Shown here: positions 47,117 through 56,784 of the stretch, in pieces
How positions within the stretch are numbered: position 1 is the stretch's first letter
Layout of the letters: every line of letters begins with the position of its first letter
Source: Sphingosinicella sp.
GTDB taxonomy: Bacteria > Pseudomonadota > Alphaproteobacteria > Sphingomonadales > Sphingomonadaceae
Length of the DNA stretch: 64,000 nt
Direction: 5' to 3'
Assembly (NCBI GenBank): GCA_013816585.1
Contig: JACDEE010000004.1
Span: 3,017 to 67,016, forward strand
Position numbers and translations under genes: made by a program
The notes under the pieces: generated by a model
Database searches by the model: none
Told to the model about the DNA's origin: nothing
The model's input: the letters and a program-made list of their open reading frames with translations, nothing else

Positions 47117-48598
47117 TCAATCGAGCAGATGCTTCTGGATCTTGCCCGCCGCAGTGCGCGGGAAGTCCGCGACATATTCAAAGCTCCTGGGGATTTTATA
47201 GGGCGCCAATCTTCCCCGGCAAAATTCATGCATAAGCTCGTCGGTGGGCGCCGCCGCGCCTTCGCGAAGCACCAGGAAAGCCCGCCCGGCCTCTCCCCAT
47301 TTCGGATCGGGTCGCGCGACGATTGCGGCCTCCGCGACGGCGGGGTGCGAACAGAGCACGTTTTCAACTTCCGCCGGATAGACATTTTCTCCTCCGGAAA
47401 TGAACATCTCCTTCTGGCGGCCAGTGACATAATAAAATCCCTGGGCATCGCGCCGCGCCAGGTCACCCGAACGAAGCCAGCCATCCGGGGTGAAAGCCGC
47501 TTTGGTCGCTTCCTCGTTGCGCCAATAGCCGGGCGAAATCCCGGGACCCGCAAAGAGCAGTTCGCCGACCATTTCGTCCGCGACGTCCTTGCCCTCGCTG
47601 TCGACGATGCGCGCGCTGCACAAAAGCTGTGGTTTGCCGACAGATCCGATATGGTCCCAGGCGTCGGCCGGAGCGGTCAGAAAGGCTGTCGGACCCGTCT
47701 CGGTCATCCCCATTCCGTTGCACACCCGAAGGCCAAGTTCGCGATAGCGTTCGGCCAGAGCGTCAGGCAGCGGCGCGCCGCCGCATCCCCAATGCCGCAC
47801 ATGACCGAGCGGCGCTGCAGCAAACCGCGGATGGTCAAGCAATTCCTGGAAAATGGTGGGAACCGCGAAGAAGGTATCGATCCTTCTTTGTTCGAACTGA
47901 CCGACCAACAGGTCCGCATTAAATCCGGTCATCACCAGCACGCGCCCGCCTGCCATCAGGGTGGGCAGGGTATGAAGGTTGATGCCCGCCGTGTGGAACA
48001 GCGGCAGGAAGTTCAGGGTGGTATCCTGACTGCCAAGATCGATCGCGCTGCCAATATTAACGTAATTGGCGAGCACCATTCCGTAATTATGGATGACGCC
48101 TTTCGGGCGGCCTGTCGTGCCGGACGTATAAAGCAAATACCAGATGTCCGAGGCGGGCCATAAGGTGCGAAAGGAGCGTGGCCGCGCCTTTTCCACCAGG
48201 CCTTCATAATCGCCATCAAGGGCGATGGTGGGCGGCGGATACATGATCCGGCCAACCACAGCTTCATCCTCCGCGCCGTAGAAGAGCAATTTGGGAGTGC
48301 AGTCGGTGAGCAGCTGGTCGAGCTCGGCGGGCGGCATCCGCCAGTTGAGCGGCACCAGGATCGCGCCCAATTTTCCGCAGGCGAACAGCAATTCGAAAAA
48401 GGCCGTGCGATTGCGGCACAATATCGCAACCCGGTCGCCGGGTCCGATCTTGCGGTCAGCCATCAAGGACGCGGCCTGGACGGCGCGGCGATCCAGATCG
48501 GCATAAGTCAGGACCCGGCCGGTACCGACTTCCTCCATGGCCACCCGGTCGGGCGCCAGCGCCGCACGTTTGGCGCTGATGTCGGGAAGGTCGATCAT
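47117..48598 (-). CDS. AMP-dependent acyl-CoA synthetase/ligase
   Basis: YTSGTTGRPKG, GMTE and GKIQK motifs. Start at MIDLPD (ATG 48598), an ATGA overlap with the TetR stop. Confidence 0.85.
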   Translation of the reverse strand: MIDLPDISAKRAALAPDRVAMEEVGTGRVLTYADLDRRAVQAASLMADRKIGPGDRVAILCRNRTAFFELLFACGKLGAILVPLNWRMPPAELDQLLTDCTPKLLFYGAEDEAVVGRIMYPPPTIALDGDYEGLVEKARPRSFRTLWPASDIWYLLYTSGTTGRPKGVIHNYGMVLANYVNIGSAIDLGSQDTTLNFLPLFHTAGINLHTLPTLMAGGRVLVMTGFNADLLVGQFEQRRIDTFFAVPTIFQELLDHPRFAAAPLGHVRHWGCGGAPLPDALAERYRELGLRVCNGMGMTETGPTAFLTAPADAWDHIGSVGKPQLLCSARIVDSEGKDVADEMVGELLFAGPGISPGYWRNEEATKAAFTPDGWLRSGDLARRDAQGFYYVTGRQKEMFISGGENVYPAEVENVLCSHPAVAEAAIVARPDPKWGEAGRAFLVLREGAAAPTDELMHEFCRGRLAPYKIPRSFEYVADFPRTAAGKIQKHLLD

Positions 48599-49188
48599 TT
48601 CCGTTTCCTGAGACCTTCGGACACCAGGTTGATCGCCACGTCGGCAACCTCGGCCGGCGGCAAATCCTTGTCCCACAGGCCGTAGCGCATGCCGAGGAAT
48701 ACACTCATCCCGATCAGCGCCCAGGCCCGCGGTTCATCGGCACCTTCGATAATCTCGCCGCGCCCGGCGGCCGCGGCAAGGTTCCGACGATAGCCGTCGG
48801 CGAAGGTCAGATAATGTTCGCGATAGGCGTCGGGCGCGACGAACTGGGATTCCTCGATGATCCGGTACAGTTCGGGATGTTTGCGGACGAAGGCGATGAA
48901 GGCGGTGAGGCCCAAACGCTCCGCGGCAAGCCGGTCGGGAGCGTCCTTGACCGCTCCCGCGACATGCTGGCGCACGGAATGGCTCATGTCGCGCACCAGC
49001 GCCCGGAACACCTCCTCCTTGCTTTCGAAATAGGTGTAGAAGGAGCCTAGCGCGACACCGGCGCGCTGGGTGATGCCGGTGATGGCGGCCTCGTGATAGC
49101 CGCGCTCGCCAAATTCTACCGCCGCCGCCTCGATCAGGCGCCGCAAGGTCTTTTGGCCGCGGGCGGTGCGTGGTGTCTTGTCCCCCAT
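48595..49188 (-). CDS. TetR/AcrR-family transcriptional regulator
   Basis: 197 aa with an N-terminal HTH (AAVEFGERGYHEAAITGITQRAGVALGSFYTYF). Confidence 0.85.
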   Translation of the reverse strand: MGDKTPRTARGQKTLRRLIEAAAVEFGERGYHEAAITGITQRAGVALGSFYTYFESKEEVFRALVRDMSHSVRQHVAGAVKDAPDRLAAERLGLTAFIAFVRKHPELYRIIEESQFVAPDAYREHYLTFADGYRRNLAAAAGRGEIIEGADEPRAWALIGMSVFLGMRYGLWDKDLPPAEVADVAINLVSEGLRKRK

Positions 49189-49220
49189 AACATCGATAGT
49201 GCCGCCGCGATTACGGCAAC

Positions 49221-49238
49221 GTCAAGTTGAACATTGAC
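49221..49238. promoter_or_regulatory. candidate TetR operator (GTCAA-N8-TTGAC inverted repeat) in the divergent intergenic region
   Basis: GTCAAgttgaacaTTGAC lies between the TetR start (49188) and the hydrolase start (49253). Only 5-bp arms. Confidence 0.25.
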
Positions 49239-49252
49239 TCACCTTTCAGTTT

Positions 49253-50146
49253 ATGAGAAATCGCGACTGCGAGATCTCCCACAAGAGGGGAAACGCAGGG
49301 GAGGGTGGATTGCCGGAATTTATCGCGCCCGACGGCGCGCGCATCTTTTATCAGGATATCGGCAATGGCAGGCCCGTATTGCTCCTCCATGGGCTGATGG
49401 CTCACAAGGATTTTTTCCGTTTCCAGAGAGAACTCGCCGATCAATTTCGCCTGATCGAAGTGGATTTCCGGGGACATGGCGGCTCCCGGGCTGACGGCCA
49501 GTTGCCGACCGTTGAACAACTGGCGGCGGACATCGCCGAGCTCAGCGATTTCCTCGGCCTGCAAGGAACGATCGGAATCGGCTGGTCGCTTGGCGCCACC
49601 ATACTCTGGCACGTACTCACCGGTGCGGCAGCGCATCGTTTCGCGGCGTCGGTGATCGTCGACATGACCCCGCGCGTGCTCAATGACGACGATTGGGACC
49701 TCGGCCTTTCCAGCGAAATATGCGGTGCGCGAAGCGAAGCGATCCGGGACGATTTCAGGACCTTCGCAACCAGCGCCGGCCATGCCATCTTTGCGCAGCC
49801 GCTGGGCCCCCGCACCCAGGACCTTGCCGACTGGGCCGGGGACGAATTCGCCGCGAATGATCCCGCCGCGATCGGGGCCTTATGGGCGTCATTGGTGAAG
49901 CAGGACCTGCGGCCGATCCTGGGACAGATTCGGCAGCCGACGCTGATCGCGCATGGCGCGCAAAGCAGCCTCTACGGATCGGACACTGCCGATTATCTGG
50001 CGGGTGCCCTTTCCAGCGCCGAAGCCATTTCCTTCGCCGGATCGGGTCATGCTCCGCATCTGGAGCAGCCCGAACTTTTCAACCAAGCCATCCGGGAATT
50101 TGCGGCCGGCCTGCCGCGAGCCCGTGAAACCCAAGCAACGCATTGA
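49253..50146 (+). CDS. alpha/beta hydrolase
   Basis: Oxyanion HGL(M) motif (PVLLLHGLMAH), nucleophile elbow GWSLGA, and a C-terminal GH. An alternative TTG start at 49310 follows GGGGAGGG. Confidence 0.8.
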   Translation: MRNRDCEISHKRGNAGEGGLPEFIAPDGARIFYQDIGNGRPVLLLHGLMAHKDFFRFQRELADQFRLIEVDFRGHGGSRADGQLPTVEQLAADIAELSDFLGLQGTIGIGWSLGATILWHVLTGAAAHRFAASVIVDMTPRVLNDDDWDLGLSSEICGARSEAIRDDFRTFATSAGHAIFAQPLGPRTQDLADWAGDEFAANDPAAIGALWASLVKQDLRPILGQIRQPTLIAHGAQSSLYGSDTADYLAGALSSAEAISFAGSGHAPHLEQPELFNQAIREFAAGLPRARETQATH

Positions 50147-50160
50147 ACAGGAGAAACCTC

Positions 50161-52503
50161 ATGGCCAGGAACACATTTTTGACTGCCCTCAAGATCGGCA
50201 CCGCCTTTGCGGCGATCGCCGTGTGCGCGCCCGCCTTTGCACAGGTTTCGGAAGCCGACCCGGAAGTGGAAGCTGCCGAGGGCGTTGCGAACGATGAGGC
50301 AATTGTCGTGACCGCCAGGCGCCGCGAGGAGCGTCTGGTCGACGTACCGATCGCGATCACCGCTTATTCCGGAGAGCAGCTTGAGCAGTCGGGCGCAATA
50401 GACATAACCGACATCGCCCAGACTACCCCGAACGTCACGCTGGAACCGTCGCGGGGTACCAACTCCACGCTTACCGCGTTTATCCGCGGTGTGGGCCAGC
50501 AGGATCCGGTTGCCGGTTTCGAAAATGGGGTCGGCATCTATCTGGACGATGTATATCTGAACCGGCCGCAGGGCGCCGTGCTGGACATTTACGATGTTGA
50601 GCGGATCGAAGTATTGCGTGGCCCGCAAGGCACTCTCTATGGGCGCAACACGATCGGCGGGGCGCTCAAATATGTAACTCGCCGCCTCGGCAATGAGCCG
50701 CGCATGGCGCTTCGTGCGGCCTATGGAAGTTACGACCAGGCCGACATCGTCGCCAGCTTTGCGCTCCCCCTCGGGGATAGTGGTTTCAGCATCGGTGGCG
50801 GTGGAGCCGTGTTGACACGGGAGGGATTCGGCAAAAATCTCACGACGGGCGCGGAGAATTACAACAAGGATGTCAAGGCCGTCCGCGGTTCCTTTGAATA
50901 TGATCGAGGCGGCCTGTTTGTGCGGCTGTCCGGAGATTATACCGACGACGAGAGCAGCGCGCGCGGCGGCCACCGTCTTATCACCGGTCTCGCTACGGGT
51001 CGGCCTGTGCTCGATAACGTTTATGATACACGTGGGGGTCTGCGGGATCCCGAGCAATCGGTAGAAGCCTATGGTGGCTCGTTGTTTGCTGAACTGGAGA
51101 TATCCCCTTCGGTCACGTTGCGCAGTATCACCGGTTATCGGAAGGATGATAGCGGTACGCCAATCGATTTCGACGCGCTGCCGGTCGTGGATGTCGACGT
51201 CCCCGCATTCTACAACAACAAGCAGACGTCACAGGAACTGCAGGCGCTGTTCGACATCGGACCTCTGAATGCGCTGGTGGGTGGATATTATCTGGATGCA
51301 TCGGCACGAACCGTTTTTGACGTTCGCCTTCCGAACACGGTGACGGCCCTGACCTTCGGCAATGTCGATACGCAGACCTACGCCATATTCGCGGATGCGA
51401 CTTATGATATCACACCTCAGTTCAGTGCTTCGGTCGGCGCCCGCTATACGTGGGACGAACGGACCAGCTCGATCCGGCGCGGCGTATTCCTCGGAGGGGG
51501 CGGCTCGCCATTCTTTGGCGGCACGGGCAGACAGATACTTGTGCAATCCACATTCGATGGAACCAAGGATTTCAAGAAATTCACACCGCGGGCATCGCTG
51601 AGCTTCAAGCCGCATCCGGACCACAACATTTACGCTAGTTATTCGAAGGGGTTTAAAGGCGGTGGATTCGACCCGCGAGGCGTCACCACCGCATGCCGTA
51701 CGCCGACCGGCGTGGTCTGTAACGCGCAGGAGATATTCGACTTCATTGCCTTTGATCCAGAGGAAGTGGACAGCTACGAAATTGGCTACAAGGCTTCGGT
51801 ACTCGACCGCCGCCTCAATTTTGCTCTCGCCGCATTTCGCGCCGACTATACCGATGTCCAGATACCGGGATCTGTGGGAACGGTCCTGAATGGCCAGCAG
51901 ACCTTCATCGGGATCACCACCAATGCGGGAGAAGCCCGGATTCAAGGCGTCGAGGCGGAAGCCAGTGCCACGCTTGGTCGTGATTTTGCGGGTGCCGGAA
52001 GCCGTTTCGGACTTGCCGGGACTCTGGGTTATATCGATGCGGAATATAAGCAGTTCATCGATGGCCGCGGGATCGACGTAGCTGATCGGCGGTCGTTCCA
52101 GAACACACCTAAATGGACTGCCAGCAGCACCGTTAGCCTAGCATTGCCGATCGGCGACGGGTCGCTGGACGCGAGCGCCACTGCCGCCTATCGCAGCCGC
52201 GTTCAGCAGTTCGAAATTCCGACGCCAATGCTCGATCAAAAAGGATATACGTTGCTGGACGCCAATCTCGTCTGGCACGCCCCCGGGGACAAATTCACGA
52301 TCGGGATCCACGGCCGCAACCTGACGAACAAAAGATATGTGGTTTCGGGATATAATTTCCTGGCGCAGAACCCTGACACAGGCGCTTTCCTGCCGGGTCT
52401 CGCCGGTCAGCCCTTTCGGCCCTCCTTGGGAGCAGAAGGCGTGCTGACCGCTTATTACGGGAATCCTCGGCAAGTATTCGGCACGATCGGAGTGAAATTC
52501 TAA
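50161..52503 (+). CDS. TonB-dependent receptor
   Basis: Signal peptide (AAIAVCAPAFAQ), a plug domain (IVVTARRREE, a TonB-box-like region) and a beta-barrel ending in the terminal F (GTIGVKF). ATG 50161 follows an AGGAGA RBS. Confidence 0.9.
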   Translation: MARNTFLTALKIGTAFAAIAVCAPAFAQVSEADPEVEAAEGVANDEAIVVTARRREERLVDVPIAITAYSGEQLEQSGAIDITDIAQTTPNVTLEPSRGTNSTLTAFIRGVGQQDPVAGFENGVGIYLDDVYLNRPQGAVLDIYDVERIEVLRGPQGTLYGRNTIGGALKYVTRRLGNEPRMALRAAYGSYDQADIVASFALPLGDSGFSIGGGGAVLTREGFGKNLTTGAENYNKDVKAVRGSFEYDRGGLFVRLSGDYTDDESSARGGHRLITGLATGRPVLDNVYDTRGGLRDPEQSVEAYGGSLFAELEISPSVTLRSITGYRKDDSGTPIDFDALPVVDVDVPAFYNNKQTSQELQALFDIGPLNALVGGYYLDASARTVFDVRLPNTVTALTFGNVDTQTYAIFADATYDITPQFSASVGARYTWDERTSSIRRGVFLGGGGSPFFGGTGRQILVQSTFDGTKDFKKFTPRASLSFKPHPDHNIYASYSKGFKGGGFDPRGVTTACRTPTGVVCNAQEIFDFIAFDPEEVDSYEIGYKASVLDRRLNFALAAFRADYTDVQIPGSVGTVLNGQQTFIGITTNAGEARIQGVEAEASATLGRDFAGAGSRFGLAGTLGYIDAEYKQFIDGRGIDVADRRSFQNTPKWTASSTVSLALPIGDGSLDASATAAYRSRVQQFEIPTPMLDQKGYTLLDANLVWHAPGDKFTIGIHGRNLTNKRYVVSGYNFLAQNPDTGAFLPGLAGQPFRPSLGAEGVLTAYYGNPRQVFGTIGVKF

Positions 52504-52504
52504 T

Positions 52505-53794
52505 ATGGACAAGGCGAGGAGCAGTGGAAGTGGTGCTACCGCAACCGGCGGAGGGCGAGTGCTCTCCATCCTGCTCCTCGCCTACATCTTCAATTTCATC
52601 GACCGGCAGATAATCGGCGTCCTGGCGATCCCGATCAAAGCCGAACTGCAGCTGAGCGATACGCAGCTCAGCCTGATGGGCGGCATCGCCTTCGCCTTAT
52701 TCTACAGCGGCATCGCAATCCCGGTTGCCTGGCTCGCGGACCGCAAGAATCGGGTCAACATCATCGCCGCTTCGGTGGCCTTGTGGAGCCTGTTCACGGC
52801 GCTTTGCGGGCTTGCCCAGAATTTCTGGCATCTGTTCTTCGCCCGCATGGGGGTTGGGATTGGCGAAGCCGGAGGGGTCGCGCCTTCTTACGCCCTCATT
52901 TCCGATTTCTTTCCGCCCGCGCGGCGAGCCAGCGCACTGGCGATCTTTTCGCTTGGCATCCCGATCGGCTCTGCGCTCGGCGTTTTCTTCGGCGGATGGA
53001 TCGCTTCCAACCTCGACTGGCGCTCAGCCTTCATCATCGTCGGCCTGGCGGGGCTTCCCGCCGCCTTACTGGTGAAGCTGGCTATAAGAGAGCCGGTGCG
53101 AGGAGGGTTCGACACCGCCGATGCCAGCGCCTCGCCGGCGCCGCCGCCCTTTTCAGCCGTCTTCAGGACGATGGCCGCCAAGCCGAGCTTCTGGCTGCTT
53201 TCCTTCGGCGCGGCCTCCGGATCGATCCTCGGCTATGGCCTCATTTTCTGGCTGCCCTCATTCTTCAAGCGCAGCTTCGGCCTGGAGCTGATGGAAGTAA
53301 GCTGGTTCTACGGGTCGATCGTGCTGGTGGGCGGAACGGCCGGGACCTGGCTGGGCGGCTGGTTCGCCGATCGTGCCGGCAAATCCAGCAAGGCGTCCTA
53401 TGCCTTGATCCCTGCCATCTGCTTCCTGCTTGCAGCCCCCATTTTCGCCATGGGACTGTTTGCGCCCACGCACCTGATCGGATGGCTATTGTTCGTGGTC
53501 GGTCAGGCGCTGGCCTTGGCCTGGCTCGGACCCGTGATCAACGCCGTGCAGCATATCGTGCCGCCCAACATGCGCGCGACAGCGTCGGCCAGTTTCCTGT
53601 TCATCAACAATCTGATCGGGATCGGATTTGGAATCTTCTTCCTGGGCTTCATGTCTGACCAGATGAATGCGCGCCACGGCGACGACGCGCTCCAATATTC
53701 AATCCTCTACGGGCTCGCTTTCTACCTGCTGAGTTCTGCGCTCTACTTCATCGCCTCGACGCGCCTGAAGCGCGATTGGCACGAGGCCGCCTAG
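52505..53794 (+). CDS. MFS transporter (Spinster-like)
   Basis: 429 aa, about 12 TM helices, with the MFS motif DRKNR after TM2. ATG 1 nt after the TBDR stop. Confidence 0.85.
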   Translation: MDKARSSGSGATATGGGRVLSILLLAYIFNFIDRQIIGVLAIPIKAELQLSDTQLSLMGGIAFALFYSGIAIPVAWLADRKNRVNIIAASVALWSLFTALCGLAQNFWHLFFARMGVGIGEAGGVAPSYALISDFFPPARRASALAIFSLGIPIGSALGVFFGGWIASNLDWRSAFIIVGLAGLPAALLVKLAIREPVRGGFDTADASASPAPPPFSAVFRTMAAKPSFWLLSFGAASGSILGYGLIFWLPSFFKRSFGLELMEVSWFYGSIVLVGGTAGTWLGGWFADRAGKSSKASYALIPAICFLLAAPIFAMGLFAPTHLIGWLLFVVGQALALAWLGPVINAVQHIVPPNMRATASASFLFINNLIGIGFGIFFLGFMSDQMNARHGDDALQYSILYGLAFYLLSSALYFIASTRLKRDWHEAA

Positions 53795-54606
53795 GTCGCG
53801 AAGTCCGGGTCCAGTCGATAGGCTTTGCGAAGCAGGGCCGGCCAGGCCAGCGCACCAGCCGCCAGTTTCAATCCCATCTTGCCTTGCTGCGCGGTAACTT
53901 CCGGAGCGCCCTGCGACGGATTGTTGAGAGCGTCACCCGCCGATAGCGCCAATATTTGCGCCTCACAGGCACGTTCGAGAAAATAGATTTTCAGAAAGGC
54001 CTCGCCCACCGTCTCGCCCACCGCCAGAGTCCCATGGTTGCGAAGCAGCATCGCGCCCTTGTCGCCGATGTTGGCGATCAGCCGCTCGCGCTCATCCAGA
54101 TCGACCGCGACGCCTTCATAATCATGATAGGCGACATCGTCCCGCACCAGCATCGCGGTCTGGGTTAGCGGGAGCAGCCCTTCGGCATGGGCCGAAACCG
54201 CCTGGCCGTGCGGGGTATGAAGATGCATCACCGAATGCGCATCTTCGCGCGCCATGTGCAGCGCCGAATGGATGGTGAAGCCCGCCGCGTTGGTGATGAA
54301 CGGCGTTTCGTCCACGGGATGGCCGTTCATGTCGACCTTGACCAGCGAGGAAGCGGTCACTTCCTCGAACATCAGATTATAGGGATTGAGCAGGAAATGA
54401 TGCTCTGGGCCGGGAACGCGTGCCGACAGGTGGGTGAAGATCAGATCGTCCCAGCCGAAATAAGCGATCAGCCGGTAGGCCGCGGCAAGATCGACCCGGA
54501 TCTTCCATTCCGTCTCGCTAACCTTGCCCTCGAGCGACGGGATTTCGACCGATGACAATGCTTTCGCATCCGCCATTTCCCTGCCGATTGCATTCACACG
54601 TCCCAT
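53791..54606 (-). CDS. class II aldolase/adducin-family protein
   Basis: 271 aa with the His-rich metal site (HSALH..., HLHTPHG) typical of the class II aldolase fold. Confidence 0.85.
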   Translation of the reverse strand: MGRVNAIGREMADAKALSSVEIPSLEGKVSETEWKIRVDLAAAYRLIAYFGWDDLIFTHLSARVPGPEHHFLLNPYNLMFEEVTASSLVKVDMNGHPVDETPFITNAAGFTIHSALHMAREDAHSVMHLHTPHGQAVSAHAEGLLPLTQTAMLVRDDVAYHDYEGVAVDLDERERLIANIGDKGAMLLRNHGTLAVGETVGEAFLKIYFLERACEAQILALSAGDALNNPSQGAPEVTAQQGKMGLKLAAGALAWPALLRKAYRLDPDFAT

Positions 54607-54642
54607 CGGGATCCTTTCGCGATTTTGCCAAGCTTAGCGGCT

Positions 54643-55284
54643 TCAAGCGACGGGCGCGACCCTGTCCGGATGGGCCTCGGCGAATGCCTCAAGCCCGCAG
54701 GCCTCCGCATCGACCCGGACCAGCAGGGGGAATTCGTCCAACGCAACGTTGAACCGCCGCGCATTATACATTTGCGGCACTAGAAAGATGTCGGCGAGAC
54801 CGGGGCTGTCTCCGAACAGAAATTTTCCCGACCGCTCGGCCGCCATCGCTTCCAGCGCCGCCAGGCCTTGCCGCACCCAATGCCCATACCATTGATTGCG
54901 CTCTGCCTCGTCTCGGCCGAACGGGCCGGACAGATATTTTAGCACCCGAAGATTATTGAGCGGGTGGGTGTCGCAGGCGATGATCAGGGCGAGGCCCATC
55001 ACATGGGCGCGGTCCAGCGGATCGGCAGGCAGCAAGGCCGGTTCGGGATATAGGCCGTCCAGATAATCGATGATCGCCAGGCTCTGCGTGATCGGGCGTC
55101 CGGCGACCTCCAGCATCGGCACCAAGCCCTGCGGATTGCGGGCAAGATAGTCGACATTCCTATGCTGTCCTTCGACCAGATCCACCGGCACGCTTTCGTA
55201 CGCCGCCGCCTTCATGTTGAGCGCGATGCGCACGCGGTAGCTCGCGGACGAGCGGTAATAATCGAAAAGAACAGGCTTGGTCAT
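54643..55284 (-). CDS. maiA: maleylacetoacetate isomerase (zeta-class GST)
   Basis: 213 aa with the zeta-class signature SSASYRVRIALN and the NPQGLVPML motif. Confidence 0.8.
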   Translation of the reverse strand: MTKPVLFDYYRSSASYRVRIALNMKAAAYESVPVDLVEGQHRNVDYLARNPQGLVPMLEVAGRPITQSLAIIDYLDGLYPEPALLPADPLDRAHVMGLALIIACDTHPLNNLRVLKYLSGPFGRDEAERNQWYGHWVRQGLAALEAMAAERSGKFLFGDSPGLADIFLVPQMYNARRFNVALDEFPLLVRVDAEACGLEAFAEAHPDRVAPVA

Positions 55285-55350
55285 GCGCTGCCCCTAGCGC
55301 AGTTCCGCCGCCGAGCGAAGATGGGGCGTGGGGTCCACGGAAAACGCGGC

Positions 55351-55719
55351 CTAATCCTGAGGAGCGTCCTTCTTCAGCCATTCGGCATTTCGGGCAACCG
55401 ATTCGACCGTGAACTCTTCATCGCCCGCGGCCATGGAATGGCTCCAGCTTCGCTCGCTCAATTTCTCGGCCAGGCACCGATATTCCCAGATCCGATGGCC
55501 CGAACCCTCCGCCCGGACCATATGGATACGAACGTCGCCCCCGGCGATCTCGTATGGCCCGCGCACCGCGTCATAATCCTTGGCCCCCAGCACCAAAGTG
55601 TCGAGATGCGTGACGCAGGCGGCCGGATTGGCGAATCGCTCGGCGCTCGCCTTGAACGGTGCCTCTTCGGCCATGGCCGGTGAGGCGCCCAAAAAAGCAG
55701 CGAGAATGAAGCGGATCAT
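55351..55719 (-). CDS. hypothetical secreted protein
   Basis: 122 aa with a signal peptide (MIRFILAAFLGASPAMA). No recognisable family. Confidence 0.5.
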   Translation of the reverse strand: MIRFILAAFLGASPAMAEEAPFKASAERFANPAACVTHLDTLVLGAKDYDAVRGPYEIAGGDVRIHMVRAEGSGHRIWEYRCLAEKLSERSWSHSMAAGDEEFTVESVARNAEWLKKDAPQD

Positions 55720-55760
55720 CGAACCAGATTCGCTCCCGCCGGGTGAACGCCGGCTTAAGT

Positions 55761-56039
55761 CTATTTGAAATTGTCGGCGTAGCTCTGGATCCGGAGCTTG
55801 CGCGGCGCAGGGGGGATTAGATGATGTTCGATGTCGTGGCGGGAGGCATAGCCCTTGGCCTCTTCCAGCGTCGCGAAGGTAAGCGTCACTTGCGCCTGCG
55901 TATCCGCGCCCCCTGACCAGCCCATCAGAGGGTCGGGGCGACGCCGGCTGTGGGATTCAAATTCCAATACCCAATCGCCCTCGCGGGCCTTGCCCGATTG
56001 CATCGCATTTTTCGACCGTTGGAAAAGACGCGCGGCCAT
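55761..56039 (-). CDS. ETC complex I subunit family protein (NDUFS4-like)
   Basis: 92 aa starting at MAARLFQ, with the conserved NAMQSG...W.LEF.......DPLMGW.....T....L.F...E.A..YA pattern. Confidence 0.75.
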   Translation of the reverse strand: MAARLFQRSKNAMQSGKAREGDWVLEFESHSRRRPDPLMGWSGGADTQAQVTLTFATLEEAKGYASRHDIEHHLIPPAPRKLRIQSYADNFK

Positions 56040-56193
56040 GTTCTTCCTTTGAAATTCTGAGCTCGTTCCAGACCCTATACCGCCGCCGCCGCATTTGTCG
56101 AAGGGGCTTGGACGGTTAATCCGGGCTTCAGGTGCAGGAGCAGAGATTGTTGCGCAGGGGAAATGATCGGCCAAGGCCGGGTGGGAGGTTCGG

Positions 56194-56679
56194 ATGAGCG
56201 CTATCGCAAAGAAAATCGCCTGCGGCACGGCCGCCGCATTCCTGTTGCTTTCAACCACTGTGCCGGCGGAAGCGCGGCACCGGCGGCACTATGACCGCGA
56301 CGATGTCGATGCGGGCGACGTGATCGGGGCGGCGATCGTCCTTGGGGGGATCGCCGCGATCCTGTCTGCGTCCAAGGGCCGCGATTATGGCGGCACTTAC
56401 GGCGCCGAGCGCAAGGCGGTAAAAGCTTGCGTGCGCGAGGCGGAAAGCGGCGGATCACGTTATGAAACGGCCCGGGTCGACGATGTCACCAACGTCGATA
56501 GAAGAGACGGTTATTATTTCGTTCGCGGGATGCTGGAAACCCGAAGCGGCAGCCACTATCCCGGAGGCCCTGCCCGCGGCCGCGATGGGTGGCAGGAGGG
56601 CGAGCGCGAAGGCTTCACCTGCACCGCGCGGGGCAAGAAGGTTTACGATTTTCAGCGGAGCGGCGGTTACCATTGGTGA
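56194..56679 (+). CDS. hypothetical exported/membrane protein
   Basis: 161 aa. A signal-like N-terminus, a basic RHRRHYDRDD stretch, a hydrophobic GAAIVLGGIAAILSA segment, and a charged C-terminal domain. Confidence 0.5.
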   Translation: MSAIAKKIACGTAAAFLLLSTTVPAEARHRRHYDRDDVDAGDVIGAAIVLGGIAAILSASKGRDYGGTYGAERKAVKACVREAESGGSRYETARVDDVTNVDRRDGYYFVRGMLETRSGSHYPGGPARGRDGWQEGEREGFTCTARGKKVYDFQRSGGYHW

Positions 56680-56784
56680 TCGGCCGCTTCATTGGCCTTG
56701 CACCCCGGATTGATATAATCGTCCTGCCGGCGCCCTGAAATCGGGACGCCGCAGACACGGATTTCATGAAGGAATGAGCGCAAG

